From Stylophora pistillata (Eukaryota), in NCBI RefSeq assembly GCF_002571385.2, contig NW_019217952.1, positions 137,938 through 201,937 on the forward strand: a stretch of 64,000 bases of DNA, in the 5' to 3' direction. Below the pieces are notes generated by a model. The model did not search any database, was not told where the DNA came from, and saw only the letters and a program-made list of their open reading frames with translations. Shown here piece by piece: positions 12,301-24,300 of this stretch (the stretch's first letter is position 1; each line of letters opens with the position of its first letter). A program made the translations under genes and the position numbers.

Positions 12301-15300
12301 TGTCACAATAGCCATGCTAGTTGCACTACAAACTCTTTTGATACAAGTTAGTAAAAGCACAATCAAGCTTGATGACAACTCTGTTAAAGAAGTAAAGCAT
12401 CTTGTTTGGAAACTGGTTCAGTCTCCTTCTGATTCCATCGGAGCTGAAATCAAGCTCGAAGCTTCTAAGGTGTTGACAGTTGGCATGGAAGTGTTTTATT
12501 CCACTCCACTGGAGAGGAGTGCTCTGCTAATGCTTCTATTGTCCGAGGGAGAGTCTTCTTCAGACATGGCAATACTATTGAATTTTTTACTCACAAATTT
12601 AACTGAGAACTTAATGAGTCATAAACCTGAGGCATCATCTAAGGCAAGGTAAAGTCCAAAGTTATATGTGATAGCCATAAATGATAAATAGTGTAAGGAT
12701 CAAACATTTTAGAAATGAATTATTATTGAGGAGTGTAGCCAAAGACAATGACCTCATGATTTCACTTGATGACATTTGTCAGTTTTCTACTGTCTGAGAA
12801 TGCTTAATTTTAAAGAGAGAAAGGGAGTGGCAAGAATCTTCTCATCCCCCCTCCCCCTTCCTTGATTTGGGCATGGCTGGATTAAATTTTATAATGTTTG
12901 TGTGGATGAAGGTGGTAGAAAAGGGCAGGACTTTTGAAATTGAGATGAGTCTTGAAGAGTCATTGTCAGATTTACCAGTAGATGATATTTGGTTTATAGC
13001 AGCTATTACAGAATGGTAATTGAACTGAGTGGAGTGCAATTTGGGCTGAAATCATACACGTGATTCAAAATCGAACGAGCACGCAGCACAAGTTCGATTT
13101 GAAATCACAAGTATCATTTCAGACCAAAATTGCACAACACGAGGTTCAATTACTGCTTTATTACATCCATTTTGAAATCATCCAAATACAGGACTTGGTC
13201 AATTCAATTATTTTGTTGATGCAGTACTGAGCCGGTTTTTTCAACAAAAAGCGGAACCGGAAATGCTTTTACATCTTATTTTTTATGCAAAACAGAAAGA
13301 CTGATGTCATGTGTCAAAAACTCAGTCAAGCATAAAATGATGCAATTTAGAGCAAAAAATGGTGCGATTGGTGAATAAATTGCACCAATTAGAGCCAATC
13401 AGATTACAGGGACCACCAGTGATTTCAAAATGGATGTAATAAATATATTTATCTTGCATAGCTTAAATTTTGAGAGAGAGAGCCATATGGAAATCCTGCA
13501 TTGCACTCTAGAACCTGTTTCTGTATTGGTCGTGAACCAGCCAGATATATTTTGGGGTTATATAAAAAGTTGTACTGTTTCCTTAGATTTGCAGAAGATG
13601 TTGTGTTTGCTGCTCTGAGAGTATCTGTCAAAGAGTCATGTAACATGATCAGGCAGTGTAGTCATCTGGAGGATGAACCATTTTGTGCTCTGGTCACCAA
13701 ACATCCAGTTAGTCAATTATAATCTATGTTACATAATTTGTAAATAACATCTCTATAATGTCCAGCCTTTTAATGAAGATCATCTGCCTGGAAAGACAAC
13801 TTGATTGAGGATACGATTCCCTTTGAAAGAGGTGGATATTTCTAAAAATTTGGATCTGACTTTTGTAAGTTGTCTCATGGAAGTATTTTTTAGCATTCCT
13901 TGAGAGTCTGGCTGGGAGTCAAGACTGAGGAAATCAAGTTGGATCGAAGTCCAAATGTCTAAAGAAATACATAGCAAAAGTAAAATTTCAAACATTACTT
14001 GTGATTGACAGTTAAATTTCAATTGAATTAGTTATCAGTATGCGGTAAAAAGAAAACATTATCATCAAAACATTAATGGAAATGAAACCAATATATGGCA
14101 TTAAATCCTCCAGATAACAAGCCTACTATGTACTATGTACTCTTGAAAGTTTGGCAATAGCTTTGGGCTTTGGCAGTTAATAAGTTTTGTGGGGCTCTTC
14201 AGACCTTTAACTCTATGAATTGTTTAAACTGACCTGTTTTGTTTTGTATACAGGAACTTTCTCCTGTTCTGCACTATGTCACAGCTGTCTTTATTAGAAA
14301 CTGGAGAGCTTTTGTGCTCTCTGAGGAGCAGGAATCAGATCTCAAGGTTAAACATGTTTGTTTCACATTTCTGTTTCTATCAGCGAACATAAGTGTGAGT
14401 TGAGGTGCATGTTCTCTTTGGTAATGTTTCAGATGTCTTTGTAGCAAGGAATAATGATATTACTGATACTGACAGTGTCTGAATAGTCAAAGAGTTGTGA
14501 TAGTTTCATAGTTAATTTTGTGTTTCAATTATTCATCAGGTTTCTGATGATGCTGTAAAACTACATGTAGCTGAATGCCAGGAGCTCTCATTAAAAATTC
14601 TAGAAGCTTGTCAACAGGTCAGTAAGTCCACCAACACTGTCTGATTAAAGCTCAAGTTATACGAGTTAGATCCTGTGAAGGTATTAGAGGGATTTAATAC
14701 TGCGTTTACAGTACGTAAAACGTGAATGGCAAGAGTGACCACCTGACCTTATGTTTCCCTGCAGTTTCTACTTGAAAGTAATCTGTTGGCGTTTGCCGTG
14801 TACGTAAGATTTTCTTTACTTTTTCTCTTACAAAGTAGAAGTTAGTTGGCGGGAAAGGGCACAAAAACTATTTCTTGTAAGTCATACAAGGGCGCCTTCA
14901 AATCCACTTTGACGTGAGTTCACGCCAAGCTAAAGCAGCAAGGTGAAAGGTCCAGAAAGGTCCAGAAAGGTCCAAGGTGAAACGTGAAAGGGCCAGCTCA
15001 CGTTTGCTGTTCCACGTAACCGTGGTGCTAAATCTCCCTATTGTCAGGAAAACCTGACAAAATTAGGTTGGGGGAGGGGGGGGGGTGGTAACTTGCCATG
15101 GACTAGTATCTCATATAAAGGAAGTAGTGGTACCCCTTTGTTACTTTATTTCCATAAAACCAAGATTTGTTGTGCCAGTACTTTTGGCCAGTAGGGTTGT
15201 ATAACATGGATGTAGAATAGTTCATTTTCCCCACGGATAGATGTATTATTTGCAGTGATAGCTCAAATCTTATTCCAAACTGATTTTCCCCCTTTATTTC

Positions 15301-18300
15301 CCATTATTTTTAAGTTGTTAGTATAAGGTTCTCTTCATTTAGATTGAGATTGTTTCAGTAATATTTATATGTATGATCTTTGTTTTCTTTAGATTCTTGA
15401 TGTTGTTCTAGAAGTTCTCTCCAAGCTGTCAGAGGAGTGCAAAGGAAATGTAAAATCAAGAGTTGAGGGACTCGAGCATGTGATGAAGGCCACCCTTGTG
15501 GGACAGACTCTCCCTGTCCTGGCATCAGTCGTGTCCTCTGAGAGATGTCTCACACTGTCCATGGCTAAGATCTTTGTACAAAGTGTGACCAACTTAACAG
15601 TGACTGCAGCAAGGGTCAGAAAATGAATTATAACATAAGCAAAGTAAAGCGCGCGCTCTGATTGGTCAATTTAGCGTCCCCCATTTGCCCATGGGTGTAC
15701 GCTGCTGACGTGAGCAAATGCAAAGACTATTTTTCCGCGCGCGCTTGTTTTTTCTGGTCGCGTAAGATTTGTTAAATAAAAGGGAACTCTTTAGCTACAA
15801 TGTATCAATGTTATGTTATAAAACAAATGGTAAACACCACAGCGTACACTATTGAGTTATGGATGCACTTGGGAGGTTTGCTAAGCACTCAAGAAGCTAG
15901 AGTCGCTCTCGGCTATCGCCTCGAGCGACTCTTACGCTTCTTTCGTGCTTAGCAACCTCCCGCGTGCATCCATAACTCAATAGTGTACGCTGTGGTGTTT
16001 ACCATTTGTTTTATAACATAACATTGATACATTGTAGCTAAAGAGTTCCCTTTTATTTAACAAATCTTACGCGACCAGAAAAAACAAGCGCGCGCGGAAA
16101 AATAGTCTTTGCATTTGCTCACGTCAGCAGCGTACACCCATGGGCAAATGGGGGACGCTAAATTGACCAATCAGAGCGCGCGCTTTACTTTGGTTATGTT
16201 ATAATTTTTTCTTCTATTAAAAGATCTATTTCTTTAGAGCTTATTAAAAAAAAAAAAAAAGTTGATAATAAAACTAATTCAATAGAAACAAGCATAATAA
16301 TAAAATGTCCTCTATTTAAAATTATACCCCAACTCCCCAATAAAAATAAAATAATAATAATAACTAAGTATTTATAATACATTTTAAATAATTTAAATAT
16401 TGAACGTATTCATTTAAACCAACTCCCTTTATCACAATTGGCATAAAAGAATGATTTGCCCCACAAATTTCAGAACATTGTCCAAAAAAAACCCCGGCTC
16501 GTTTTATAAAAACACCAGTTTGATTTAGACGACCCGGAACCGCATCAATTTTTAACCCCAAAGAAGGCACTGCAAAAGAATGTAAAACATCTGCCCCAGT
16601 AACTAAAAATCTTATATGTGTTTGAATAGGAATTAAAAGTTTATAATCAACTTCTAACAAACGATTCTCTCCAGAAACTAAATCCGAAGTAGGAATCATA
16701 TAAGAATCAAACCCTAACGTATCCCCTTCATAATCAGAATATTCATAGGATCAATATCATTGATGCCCAATAACTTTAATTGTCAAAGCTGGAGAAATAA
16801 CCTCATCCATTAAATATAATAATTTAAGAGAGGGCAATGCAATAAAAATCAATATAACAGCAGGAATAATCGTTCAAACAATTTCTAAAAATGTACCATC
16901 GATTAAATGACGATCATAAAACTTATTTTTAAAAGATTCAACAAAAAGTCATAAAACAACAGTAACTATAATAATTAATAAAAACATAACTTGGTCATGA
17001 AAAAAAACAATTTCTTCTACAATAGGATCCCCAACATCTTGAAACTCTAAAAGTCAAGTCTCTGGACTGTCCGAATAATAAAGATGATTAAACCAGAGAA
17101 CAGACAACCAAGCCAAAACATTTATAAAATATCTAAAAAAAGTAAAAACAAAAAGATTTTGCATTAAAGAAGTTTTTATGAGCCTCATCAATAAATACAT
17201 AAATATAAAAATAATCAAACCACATCGACAAAGTGCCAGTATCAACTCGCGGCCTCAAACCCAACATGTTGACGACGAGTAAATTGATTAGAGAGTAAAC
17301 GTAAAAAACAAATAAAAAGAAAAGTAGTACCAATTATAACATGTAGTCCATGAAACCCTGTCGCAACAAAAAAAGTGGCCCCATAAACAGAGTCAGATAA
17401 AGTAAAAGGCGCCTCATAATATTCAAATGCTTGCAACCCCGTAAACATAACACCCAAAAAAAGAGTTAAAAATAAAGCAAGTTGAGCCTCTTTTTTTAAA
17501 CCACAGAGTATTGCATGGTGCGCCCATGTAACCGTTGCCCCAGAACTTAATAATACAGCAGTGTTTAATAAAGGAACAGAAAAGGGATTTAATGCAACAA
17601 TTCCTTGTGGAGGCCAAACAACTCCAAGTTCAACAACCGGTGCTAAACTACTATGAAAAAAAGCCCAAAAAAAAGAAAAAAAAAACAAAATTTCTGAAAG
17701 AATAAATAAAATCATACCATATTTAATCCCTTGTTTTACAATTAAAGAATGGTGACCTTGAAAAGTTGATTCTCGTATAACATCTTGTCATCAAACAAAC
17801 ATAACTCCAACAACAACCAAAAGCCCCAAATATAAAAAAAAACTAAACCCATAATGAAAAAAAACCACTGCACCAACAGTAATAAAAAAAGAGCCAATTG
17901 CTCCAACAAAAGGCCATGGAGAAGGCTCAACTAAATGATACGAATGAAACTGCATCAAGAGCCAGTTCCCTCACTCTTACTATGTTACGACTTACAGCCT
18001 ATTTCTGGGCTGGCGACGGGCTATTTGTACTAACATTGTTTTCACGTTCATTGAAACGCACTACTTTTCAATTACTATTAAATCCAACTTCATTATCTTA
18101 TTTTAAAAACAATCCGAACCCCTCCTTTTCTAAGAGAAAAATGTAGCGCGCCTAACCCCGAAATATAAGGGTCATAATACCTGACTTCAACCTTGATAGG
18201 ATTAAACCCCTTTTTGTCTCAAACAGAAATTGACGACGGCCATGCAACACCTGTTAATAAATTCAAACTTCGGTAAGGTCTCTCGCGGATTATCGAATTA

Positions 18301-21300
18301 AGCGACGCGCTCCTCTAATTAACAACCGAACAGCCAAGTCTTTTGAATTTCAATCTTGCGACCGTACTACTCAAGCGATATTCTTTTACTGTATAGACTA
18401 CCAGGGTCTCTAATCCTGTTTGCTCCCAAAACCTTCGTATTTAAGAAAAAAAAAATAAATTATTTTCATATAAAAAATTCTTTTTTTCATTCCAACATTT
18501 CACAATTACGAAAAAAATTCTATTTATTTTTTTTTTTTTAAAAATCCTTAACACGCTTTTTGCTTTTTATTAAAAAATAAATCCTTAAGTTTTACCGCGT
18601 CTGCTGGCACTTATATTTGACAGATTTTTTTTATCCCACCTATGTCTTACTTTCGTATATTACATAAAATCCATTACTGCTGCCAAAGGTTTTCTTTTGT
18701 TTCAGTGAAAATGTGGTTAAACTATGCATCTTCAAAAAAAGAATAAAAAACTTTTCTTTTTTTAATACAACAAATAAAAAAAATTTTTTTATTTTATCCT
18801 CACCTGTTCGCATACACTAGCATGTATAACCTAGACTAAATATTTTTTTTTCCCTAAAACCCCAGGACTAACCCCCTGGGCTAAAAACAAGACTATTTTT
18901 AATTAAATCAATAATAGGAAAAGGCACAATCCCCCCCCCTAAGATAATTAAAAGAAAAGGAAAAATTACAAAAATCTCTCGTCGACTTAAGTCTCTATTA
19001 AAAAGTAAATAATTAGATCCCCCCCCCCTTTTCCAATCTCTCTGGTGCTTTCAAGTTACACCAGCTACATAATGGTTGAATCACGAGGAGCTATTCGAGT
19101 TACGAACAGGCAATTGATTCTAGTTTTGCATCTGATTAGTGGAGAGGGTGGTACGAGTTTCCTTGACTAATGGAATATGTCTTCCAAATCATTGTCCTTT
19201 GTTTTTCAGGAGCACGAGGAAAAACCTCCTAACCTGTGCTTCTTTGCTTTTCAGGAGCACGAGGAAAATTCTTCTAACCTATCGTTCTTTGCTTTTCAGG
19301 AGCACGAGGAAAATTCTTCTAACCTATCGTTCTTTGCTTTTCAGGAGCACGAGGAAAAACCTTCTAACCTGCCGTTCTTTGACGACTTGTACCTAAACCT
19401 CTCGGTACTCACCCACAGCCTGCTGATGGTTAGGTACCAGGGCCCTGCAAACACGGAGGCCGAAGATGCTTGCCAGCATTTACTCGACTCTAAACTATTA
19501 CAAAGGTGAGAAGACTATTTGAAAAGTACTTTACTCCGTGTTAAAGGCGTGTTACCTTGATGGAGAAAGTTAAAAAGTGGTATAAGCCTGACTGAATATG
19601 ATTCGATGTGTTATCGTCCACTTTTCTTTATATGCAAATATAGCATACTTCTTTTTCTTGTGCTTCTTGGAAGGGCCCACTCGAAATCCTCTTTAAAAAG
19701 TTTTTTTCCTCAAGATTTCCATACCTCCTTGTGTTGAAGTAATAGGGACCTTAAGCAGTCAGGACGGCAACGCCATGGAAGACGTCAATTAAAAAATGAA
19801 TTTCTACTTTTAATTAGAATTTAGAAAATGGCTGCATGTGTTTACCATCTCATACGGCGCCACAACTCAGACTCAACATAACGTATTAAAGTAGCGTTGA
19901 GTTGTAAATGGAAATTGAAATAATTTGCCGTTGCGGTTTCGGTTCGCAGACGACGCAAATTTTGCTGATTTTACGTTATCGTTTTGCAAAGGACGGCTGA
20001 GAAATGTACTAAGTTTTAAAATGCACGTGCTGAGCTATTGTTCTGCTAATTAGATCTATTGTTTTTCCACGTTCTCGTTGCCGTGCCGTCGTGGTTTGCT
20101 TAAGGTCCCTAATATATCTCACAACGCCGTACATTACAAATCAACACAGTATTTCTATCCTCACATAACAATTAATGTGATGTAACTGCGGATGTAACTG
20201 CATCTTCGGAGCCCCTGGTATACCCAATCCCCACATTACCCCAGAACCTTGATAGTTGGGAGATACTCAGGGGTTTGGAGCTTTGACACCGACCTTGTTA
20301 GCCTCGGTGACCGCGGTACGGGACTCCCCTTTTACCCCTGAAACTTGAAGTTACACCCAGAGACTGATAGCTTGGAGGTTGTAGATTTGACGCCAGCCCT
20401 GTTAGGNGAATTAATTTGATGGCCTGCTCCCAGTTGGCTTGTTAGCTCAATTGGTAGAGCGCTGCACTAGTATCGCAGAGGTCAGTGGTTCGAATCCCGT
20501 ACAGGCCTGAATTTTTTTCAGGTCTGATTTTCACTATTGATTAAATAGTGCTTTACTGCGAAGGATCGTGCACATATACGTTAGTTCTTTTATTTTGGTT
20601 TTTATAGGAGTAGGCGGCTCTTCCAGATAAGCGTGCGGGCTTACTATCAATGGATAAAGTACTTAGTATCCATCTCACTGTTTTTAAGTGTGGTGCATTT
20701 CTCTATTTTTGTTTCACAGGCCAAGAGTAAGGAGCTTGAGTTGTTGTGTTCACTTAAGAATGTTGAGTTTGATCCCATAGAGCAGGAAAAATCGGTGGGC
20801 AAACTGATGTGAGTAGAAGAATGTGATCTAAGATAACAATTTGTTATTCCTGTTTTAGATCTTGAAGATAATTAGTAAATTAAGGAGAAAGACACCAAAA
20901 GGATTTGTGACAGGTCCCTACACTGTGACACGAACTTTTGTATCTCCTCTGTCCCACAAGAAACAGATGAGCATCCTGAGCATGCTTCTCGCACCTGACA
21001 GTTGTCTTAGATGGCTGTTAGGCCTACGAAGTGTGCCAAAGCAAACCAGGATCTAAGTGAAGTTTTATAGCGTCTTGCCATGAGAAGACTTTAATTTAGA
21101 CCTGGAACAATTCATCACGTTGATCTAATGCTAATTCTAACCCCCACCCCCACCCCCACGTCAATAACATAACTTTTAACCCTTGAACTCCTTAGAGTGA
21201 TTGGTTTTTAAAGTCCCCTTACATGTAACGGTCACGAGAATAGAAAGTCACTGATTGTCAAACAAATTCTCCCGGTCAGTACCAGAAGAAATGTAGAGAG

Positions 21301-24300
21301 GACAGTGTGGAGAATATCAATGCCATTGTAACGGTTATCTCTTGTTTGGAGAGATGCGGCCTAATGATGTTCCCTTGTCGGCCGCGTCACTGTGTTGACA
21401 GGCAGTAAAGGTACCGTGGGCGCTTAACTCTTCACTGTTGTTTTGTATTTCTTAACGTCTTCTTCTCAGAGAGTGGCTGGATACAGAAGCAAAAGCAGAG
21501 CCCCAAAAAGCTAAGAGTTGTCTGGACGGGATGCCAGTCACCAAGAAGTTTCTGTTTTCTATTATGGAGTGTGCAGAGCTGCTTTGCAATGTGACTATTG
21601 AGGCGAGCGGCAAGAAACCTCTACCAGAGAGAAGTATCTCGCACTATAGCGTTGCATCGCATCACGATCAACAATCCAAACAAGGTGCGTTTTTTATCCG
21701 TTGTAATCGTCCTTGTCCTTAACTCTCATCGGTATTTTATGTTTTCTTTTTATACTAGTCACCTCCAAGGGCGAGAACCTTGCTCCTTCTTCGCCACTTC
21801 TCAGTCGGTCATTTTCAGAGCCATCCACCTTGGATCAATCCACGTCACTTCAGGAAGGCATACATGACGTACGTAGATTGCAGCGCTGGAGAACGAACGT
21901 TCAAAAGAAGCACAGTCGGGCTTCATTTGAAAATCAGACGCATTCTGATGCAAGAACTTTTGTTTCAACTGTGGCCGAGATTTTCACTTTTATTGGCAGC
22001 GATCCAGATAAAGCTGTAAGTAGGGGATTTCCTTGTGAACACCAAGGGTACTGCATTCGTTGATAAACTGTTGTAACAGTTGAAAAGCATTTTGTTTGTG
22101 TTGTAAAGTGAATTTTAGTTAAAACAAGCAAACTTCATGACGTTGGCGGAAGCTCTATAGACTGATCACTGTTTACAGCGAAGTGAAACTACTGCTGTCT
22201 TCAGTTACTTTAGACATTCAGTTGGAAATTGTGAGAACAGTAAGCGTATTCATTCGCGAGCATTTATGATCGGGTAATAATGGACACTAAGTGTTTTGGC
22301 ACAGTAAAGAAGGGCAATAGTTCATTGATCCCTGCCGACAGACTAAGCCACATCTACTCATAGGCCATTCTGATTTCAATTTTTTTTCCTGGTATTTACG
22401 GAACTTATTTTCCTTACTCTTTGTCAGGTGACCTGTTCCAGTTTTCTCGCTGCAGCTCGCGTCCGTAATAAACGAGGGTTAGACCGTGTACAGGCTCTCC
22501 AATTTATGATAGAACTGGTTACAGTTTGCTCCCGACTTGGTTTGCATTTGCCTTATGTAATGTCTGCCGTGGCCTCCATTCTTGGTCTAGGTCCAAGGTG
22601 AGCTTCGTTATATTTCCATTTACCGACTAAGGGCTCAGTGAGTCTTGAAGCATGACTCGTGACACTTTCTCAGCCCTCAGTTGAAGACCTTACCGAACCT
22701 TATTATCATTTGAAGGGGTCCTTCTGTAGGCGTTAACTTCGCATTTGTTTAAAAAAACAAGATCTGCCCATTCTGACTCTGCAAACCCTCTTGATGAAGT
22801 CAAAGTTGTCTTGCATGAATCCACTGCACACTTTCCTTAATATTTCTTGAAACCATGCCTACGAAGTGTGCATCCTTATACATCCGTGTTTTTTTTTTTT
22901 TTTCGTTTCAGGACTGAAGAGCTTAAATGCGGAGGCATGGTGCGAGAGGTTCGCGACATGTTCTCTGCTGCGGTCCAAGCCGTGGTCCAGGGGGCGTCTT
23001 CTGAGCCTGCAGTGTATCGTGACAGCGTATTAGTGCTCTCTGTCTGTCCGTTCTCGTGGCACGAGGAGCGCTGTGTAATGAGGAGCGGCTTGGTGTATCT
23101 ACTGGATAAACTGTGTTCTATGAGAAGCAAAAAGACTGACATAGCAGTGAATCTGTCCGCTATGGCTTGGGCGGGTTTTCAGGTGCTTTTGGATCTGATA
23201 GTTCAGTGGGAGAATGGTAAAGGTGAGAAGTTAAACTTCACTTATGCTGCGAATATGCCTCCGATGGCTATAGTTTCCTCTGCAGCCATTTTTTGGGCTC
23301 GTCGTGTACCACGCTTTCTCTCCTTCTCCCCCTCCCCCCCCTACACCCCCTACACCCCCTTTCAGCTTTAGCACTTGGAGAACAATGTTGGCGACATCTT
23401 TCGGCTCAAACAATTATCGTGAGGCAATGCCACCATACATTTGCTGAAGATACCTTGTATAGGATCGGATAAGAAATTTACAGTCTTGGGGTACTATTAG
23501 TTGTAATGAACTTTGACATGGAATGAAAAAACCAAGTTACAAGGGATGGAGAGAAGGTTAAACCACCCATATCTTGCCAATCAGCTGCAAATTTTGTGTT
23601 AAACTGCACAGTGGTTTCCATTTCTCTGTTTAGATTTCCGCCCTGGTGCTATAGAATGGTCTGGCTTAGCCCATCAAGTTTCTAGTTTGTTGTCAAACTA
23701 CCTCAGCTGTGTACTGGAGGAGAGCCGTAAGGACAGTGCTGCTGCTAGAGACGCTCTGCAATACGTCATGGAACTGTTACACGGAATTAGCAGGTTCAGT
23801 TGATTACTCGGTTAATTACTCAAAACCTGAGGTTACAGCAAGTGTCAGTTGGGTCTCGTTAGTATTCCGGTACTGCGATGGTTTTTGTTTATCACGTATG
23901 ATGGGTGGTCTCGAAAACTCGCGCCACTTTACCAGCGATCGCGCTCTCCTTTCGCGGAGGGAGCGTCAAAAGTAAACAAACTAATCGCAGGTTGTTTTCT
24001 ACCCTCTTAGCTGATCAAAGGCAACAAGATAAAAGATTGGCCTTGCGAAATTCCATCGAACGTACCTTTATGACCAAATATGTAACCACTCCCCCCCAAA
24101 GACACATTTTAAAACTATTTTAACTCTTAGATTCACACATCCCGATATAAATACTTTATCCAGGGAACACGTGGGGTTAATAAAAGAACTTCTCATCAAA
24201 TGAATGTTCTCATGAAATGATAACAGATGATAATATACAAGGAATAAGAACCTACGGATTAAGCTGACTGAAGTATCACAAAGTGATTAAGATCACTCAT

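Larger units (their letters stand above)
16212..19028 (-). other. About 2.8-kb mitochondrial DNA segment (NUMT or misassembled mtDNA): nad4(3')-rns-cox3-cox2-nad4L(5')
   Basis: Genes are intronless, abutting or overlapping, use TGA=Trp, and follow scleractinian mitochondrial gene order. The coding strand is very T-rich. Confidence 0.97.

Noticed and set aside
12912-12991. Exon-like open stretch [26 protein letters not shown], possibly fed by a GC donor at 12644
   Set aside because: The acceptor is weak, joining it to 13587 creates a TGA, and 12648 splices to 13587 in frame without it. Left unresolved without RNA data.
17898-18541. Plus-strand ORFs in the ORF track, and ORFs spanning N runs or antisense to exons elsewhere
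   Set aside because: They are shadows of the 12S rRNA, of gaps or of real exons.
20608-20658. Possible small HECTD4 exon after TTTATAG
   Set aside because: It does not fix the phase conflict and has no recognisable similarity.
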